From an uncultured Pseudomonadales bacterium (GTDB taxonomy: Bacteria > Patescibacteriota > Microgenomatia > UBA1400 > Chazhemtobacteraceae), in the NCBI GenBank assembly GCA_964618725.1, contig CAZUBK010000002.1, forward strand, positions 67,992 through 131,991: a DNA stretch of 64,000 nucleotides. Direction: 5' to 3'. The position numbers and the translations under genes were made by a program. Shown piece by piece: positions 60,374 through 64,000 of this stretch (position 1 is the stretch's first letter; every line of letters starts with the position of its first letter). Under the pieces are notes generated by a model. That model worked only from the letters and a program-made list of their open reading frames with translations, did not search any database and was not told the DNA's origin.

Positions 60374-60403
60374 AGTGTAACACAGGGATATTACAGATGT
60401 CAA
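60374..60403 (-). promoter_or_regulatory. rpoBC promoter
   Basis: TTGACA..TGtTACACT on minus strand, followed by a leader with two hairpins. Confidence 0.65.
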
Positions 60404-60457
60404 AGGGGAAATATAGGGACTTGGTCTGAAAGGGGCTACCATATAAGAGCAGACAAA

Positions 60458-60483
60458 CTCAGACCACCTGATGGTGGTCTGAG
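60458..60483 (-). terminator. intrinsic terminator
   Basis: ctcagaccacc tgat ggtggtctgag. Confidence 0.85.
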
Positions 60484-60490
60484 GAATATG

Positions 60491-60715
60491 TTATGGATAT
60501 GAAATAATGGCAGTCAATTGGGTGAATGAGCCGTACTTAGAGGCGCCGGAGGATTGTAGCCACACTACGCTTGCTTCAGGGTGTACTTGCATAAATTCAT
60601 TGACTTCTAGTTGAAATCTTGAGATTGCTTCCTCTCTTTCCTTAGCAATACCTACAGCATTGGCGCCGTATCCAGGTTTGTTCTTCAACTCTACAGAAAA
60701 TACCTGTATTCCCAT
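60491..60715 (-). CDS. orphan hypothetical protein
   Basis: AAGGGAG SD; TTGACA-17-TATTCT promoter; own terminator. Confidence 0.72.
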   Translation of the reverse strand: MGIQVFSVELKNKPGYGANAVGIAKEREEAISRFQLEVNEFMQVHPEASVVWLQSSGASKYGSFTQLTAIISYP

Positions 60716-60819
60716 GTTGATTCTCCCTTTCGCTTGATCTTGGAATGAACGGTTGGTTGAGAATAGCGGTTCTTGATAGAAATGTCAAGATATAGGACGT
60801 TTTGAGGATGTACCTTGGT

Positions 60820-61833
60820 CTATTTCCCTAGATACTTGGTAACATTTTGGTTGTGTTCTTCGAGAGTCTTGGCGAAGTGGATGTTTCCCTTGGAGTCATG
60901 GAGATAGAACCAATAGTTAGATTTTTTGGGATTGTAAGCAGCCTTAATGCTGACAAGAGAGGGATTACTGATGGGGGTAGAGGGGAGGCCGGGATTGAGA
61001 TAGGTATTGTAGGGAGAGGAAATGGCTAGATCTTCTTTGGTTAGATTATTGGGCCACCAATTACAAGTAAGAAGCTTGCAATCACGAGTGGTCTTTAGAT
61101 ACTGGATGGTAGCGTCCACCTGGAGGGGCCAGTCACTATCAAGTCGGTTGAGGAGGACTCCGGCAACGAGCGGGCGTTCATCATTGCTTAAGGCTTCACG
61201 TTCGATTAGCGAGGCGAGAATGAGAGCTTGGTAATCAGTAAGATCCGAGTTGTTAGTTAGTCCTTTGGTTTGTTCTTGGAAGCGAGAGGTAAGCCGATTA
61301 ATGATGGCGGCAGTCGAGGCGGTTTTAGGGAAAGAATAGGTATCGGGGAATAATTGGCCTTCCAGGTTCTTAGTAAGAATAAGGAATTGGTCAGGATTGA
61401 AGGAGTAATCTTTGTTATTGGGTGACAAATTATCTACTAGGACCTGAGCCATTTCTTCTCTGCGCCAACCTTCCAAGAAGGTGACCCAACGGTCAGTAGT
61501 CCCGTGAGTTAGGGCTTCGACAAGAGTGGAGAGGCTCATGGCCTTGGTTAAGGCAAAGTCGCCGGCCTGGATTTTTTTACTCTTATTTGAGACAAAGACC
61601 TCGAGCTTGAAGGCAGGGATGGAACGAATGAGTTCTTTTTCTTTAAGATCGTTGGCGATGGAATCAAGGCCTTGGCCTTTATAGACACTGAAATTAACTC
61701 TAGTCGAGGAGGAGCGATCAATGGCCCGACTGGCGGACTTAAACCAAATAAAGCCAACCGACAGGAGAAAAAGGAAAAGAATAAGGGGAATGATGGCTAG
61801 AAGAGAAAGTGGGCTTTTGCGACGGTGAGACAT
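60820..61833 (-). CDS. mltG: endolytic transglycosylase MltG
   Basis: EG.LFPDTY, LASLIERE, LQVDAT, SPYNTY..PGLP. Confidence 0.95.
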   Translation of the reverse strand: MSHRRKSPLSLLAIIPLILFLFLLSVGFIWFKSASRAIDRSSSTRVNFSVYKGQGLDSIANDLKEKELIRSIPAFKLEVFVSNKSKKIQAGDFALTKAMSLSTLVEALTHGTTDRWVTFLEGWRREEMAQVLVDNLSPNNKDYSFNPDQFLILTKNLEGQLFPDTYSFPKTASTAAIINRLTSRFQEQTKGLTNNSDLTDYQALILASLIEREALSNDERPLVAGVLLNRLDSDWPLQVDATIQYLKTTRDCKLLTCNWWPNNLTKEDLAISSPYNTYLNPGLPSTPISNPSLVSIKAAYNPKKSNYWFYLHDSKGNIHFAKTLEEHNQNVTKYLGK

Positions 61834-61845
61834 GGAGGGGTAAGA

Positions 61846-62049
61846 TTATACTTCCTCAAATAGAGCGCGGCGATACTTCTTGGTATCAAGATTGAACATA
61901 AAAATACGACCACATTTGCAGGTAACTTTTTCATGGCCTTTGATTTTGGCTTTTTCTCGCTTTCCCTGAGTCAGGGGCATACTACAGCCGACACACTGAC
62001 CGCGAGCAAGTAACCAGGCCTGAACGGGAGCGATTATGTTTTTGAACAT
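61846..62049 (-). CDS. small Cys-rich (CxxC..CxC) Zn-ribbon protein
   Basis: CVGC...CKCGRIF; TAGAAT 6 nt before ATG. Confidence 0.75.
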   Translation of the reverse strand: MFKNIIAPVQAWLLARGQCVGCSMPLTQGKREKAKIKGHEKVTCKCGRIFMFNLDTKKYRRALFEEV

Positions 62050-62058
62050 AGAAGCATT

Positions 62059-62445
62059 CTACTGGTTATCGAGGTAGGATTGCAAGATGACTGCGGCGGC
62101 GGCGGCGTGTTCTTTGGAATGTCGTTTCTTGACGGGGAACTTGGCATCGAAGAGATGTTTCTGGGCCACCTTGGAGCTAAGGTCTTCGTCGGCAAGATCA
62201 ACAGAGATATTAAGTCTTTTTAATTCGACGGCAAGCCAGTCGCTTAGAACGGCAATTGGACCATTGCCTGGCTGGCCGATAATAACTAGATCTGGCCGAT
62301 GAAGAGTAATTTGATTTTTGATTTTTTCGAGAAGGACTTCATGAGTCGGGGTAGATAGAGTAGTAAGGGGGGTTGCTAGGAGGGCTTCTTCAGAGATGGC
62401 AACACCGGTATGGGATAGACCGGGGTCGAAAGCTAGATATTTCAT
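62059..62445 (-). CDS. ruvX: RuvX/YqgF pre-16S rRNA nuclease
   Basis: LAFDPG..TGVA, DEDLSS, AAAVILQSYLD. Confidence 0.9.
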   Translation of the reverse strand: MKYLAFDPGLSHTGVAISEEALLATPLTTLSTPTHEVLLEKIKNQITLHRPDLVIIGQPGNGPIAVLSDWLAVELKRLNISVDLADEDLSSKVAQKHLFDAKFPVKKRHSKEHAAAAAVILQSYLDNQ

Positions 62446-62470
62446 AAATTTGATCTATTTGGTAATCAAT

Positions 62471-63217
62471 CTAAGTCTTAATGAGTTTTGCGGTGACAAC
62501 TAAACGTCGGGTTTTAAGGCCAGGCGGGACGCAAGTAATGAGTTTGAGACGACGATCGTCGAATTGTTGTTGAAGAGGAGAGAGATCAGTGGGGTAGACT
62601 TCGACCTTGTCGGAAACCTGATATGTGTAGGTTACTTGATCGTAAGTGACGTAGATTAGATCACCAGCCTGTAGCGTAGGAAGAAGAGAAAAAATGGACA
62701 TATAGTTTTTGGGGTTATAGAACTGGGGCAAGATGGAGTGACCGAAGACAACAGGACTGCCCAGCTGGCCGGGCTTAGCAGTATCGGGATAGTGAATTAG
62801 GGACTGTGAGAGATCTAGGGTATCAGAGCGGACGAGGGCATTTTCAATACGAAGTTTGGGAATAGACATGGTATAGGTGAGGGTGACACTTCTGGTTTGA
62901 GGGGAGGCTGATGGGAACCAGTTGTTTGCCTGGGTGTAGTCGAGTGTGTCAACTACTTGAGGAGCAGCGGCATAGGCGAAGGTATCAAGCTCAACTTGTG
63001 GGTTGAGAAGTCCTGAAGAGGTGCGAATGGACGTTGTATTGGAAGTAAGTTCATAAGAAAGAATTGGCCAGAGGACGAAGCCAATGAGAAAGAGGCCGAC
63101 AAAAGAGATGAAAAGAGGGAGAGAATGGAGAAGGCGCTTTTTTAGAGTTATCGGTGGTTGAGGAGAAAGAGGGGGGGGAGCTTCCGAAATGGCTTTTTCG
63201 TAAACATAAAGGCTCAT
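62471..63217 (-). CDS. sortase
   Basis: N-terminal TM, IPKL, FGHS (His), LITC (Cys), R. Confidence 0.92.
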   Translation of the reverse strand: MSLYVYEKAISEAPPPLSPQPPITLKKRLLHSLPLFISFVGLFLIGFVLWPILSYELTSNTTSIRTSSGLLNPQVELDTFAYAAAPQVVDTLDYTQANNWFPSASPQTRSVTLTYTMSIPKLRIENALVRSDTLDLSQSLIHYPDTAKPGQLGSPVVFGHSILPQFYNPKNYMSIFSLLPTLQAGDLIYVTYDQVTYTYQVSDKVEVYPTDLSPLQQQFDDRRLKLITCVPPGLKTRRLVVTAKLIKT

Positions 63218-63221
63218 ATTT

Positions 63222-64000
63222 CTAAAGGCTTGGTTCTATATTTAGTTTCAGTTCTCCACCAAAAGGTAGACGCTTGGACAGAATTGGGAGAGGAGGATAA
63301 ATAGCATACTTAACTTTTTGAAAACCGGGGATAGTCTCTAAGAGAAGATTAGCAGAGGTGAGTGGATGACCTTTGAGCTTGGCTAGATATTCGGCTGGAT
63401 TAATTTTGGGTAGAAGTCGTGCTTGTATCTGGGCGGTGGCAATTAAATTCTTTTCTGGATCAAAGGTGGGGGAGGAAACATCGATTTTAGAAAGAGAGGA
63501 ATCAAAAGTATATCCGGCGGGTATTTCGGCATTCAATTGAGTGAGGATAAGCTGAGAGAGTTGTTCTTGCTGGTAACGAAGAAGGGAAACTTCTGCCTTG
63601 AGAGTGAGACTAAAGTCGCTGGCTTCAGTACCGGCAGATTTGTCAAAATCCTTGGTGACAATTTCAAGCTCGTCTAAAGCCACGACTTGTTCCCCTTCAG
63701 ATTTACTATTTAGCGAAGCGGTGGCCTCTTGCTTGAGTATTGCGGTTAACTTCTCTAAGAGCTTGTCTTGATCTGCTTTAGAGATAGCTTTGACAGTACG
63801 GGAAGTGCCACCGGTGAAGGGAGAACTTACTTTGGCTTCTAGGGAACTCTTGGGAAAGGTGCCAATGATTAAGCTAGCATCTTTTTCGATATTGGAGTCG
63901 GCACCAATACTAGAGGCAGTGGCGGGTATTGTTAACTTGCCATAATCATCACCACTACCATCGGATCGAGCAATTTTTCCCGAAACACTGGCCTCCTCGG
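63222..64000 (-). CDS. baseplate J/gp47-like protein, C-terminal part (runs off window)
   Basis: Frame stays open upstream of 63683 (..FTGGTSRTVKAISKADQDKL..); pattern recalled from CPR baseplate-J-like proteins. Confidence 0.6.
   Translation of the reverse strand, partial: EEASVSGKIARSDGSGDDYGKLTIPATASSIGADSNIEKDASLIIGTFPKSSLEAKVSSPFTGGTSRTVKAISKADQDKLLEKLTAILKQEATASLNSKSEGEQVVALDELEIVTKDFDKSAGTEASDFSLTLKAEVSLLRYQQEQLSQLILTQLNAEIPAGYTFDSSLSKIDVSSPTFDPEKNLIATAQIQARLLPKINPAEYLAKLKGHPLTSANLLLETIPGFQKVKYAIYPPLPILSKRLPFGGELKLNIEPSL

Noticed and set aside
60442-60450. tataagagc near the rpoB-upstream terminator
   Set aside because: Isolated 9-mer without the rest of the element.

Overview
Core chromosome of a reduced-genome bacterium, most likely Patescibacteria/CPR of the Microgenomates type. 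This is inferred from the absence of rpmD between rpsE and rplO, a short AspRS, and the sortase/baseplate-J-like/ruvX/mltG cluster. Nearly all genes are on the minus strand: rpoBC, str, S10-spc-alpha, rplM-rpsI, recA-recX-rny, HU, rmlBD, miaAB, secDF, recJ, rel, aspS and gltX. Features not in the ORF track include RNase P RNA, an atypical tRNA-Pro(GGG), rpmJ, rpmC and a 53-aa Zn-ribbon protein. Three patterns are not explained by routine annotation. (1) A ~110-130 bp structured element occurs three times, each in a divergent intergenic region, with conserved linkers, covarying stems and GCGAAGC-type loops. In two copies its last stem contains the -10 box of the downstream gene. (2) About 15 small orphan genes are inserted between housekeeping genes, including inside the spc and str operons, most with their own promoter, strong SD and intrinsic terminator; no integrase is visible. 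(3) At least 12 genes, mostly housekeeping, look leaderless (TAnnnT exactly 6 nt before ATG), in contrast to the SD-led orphans.
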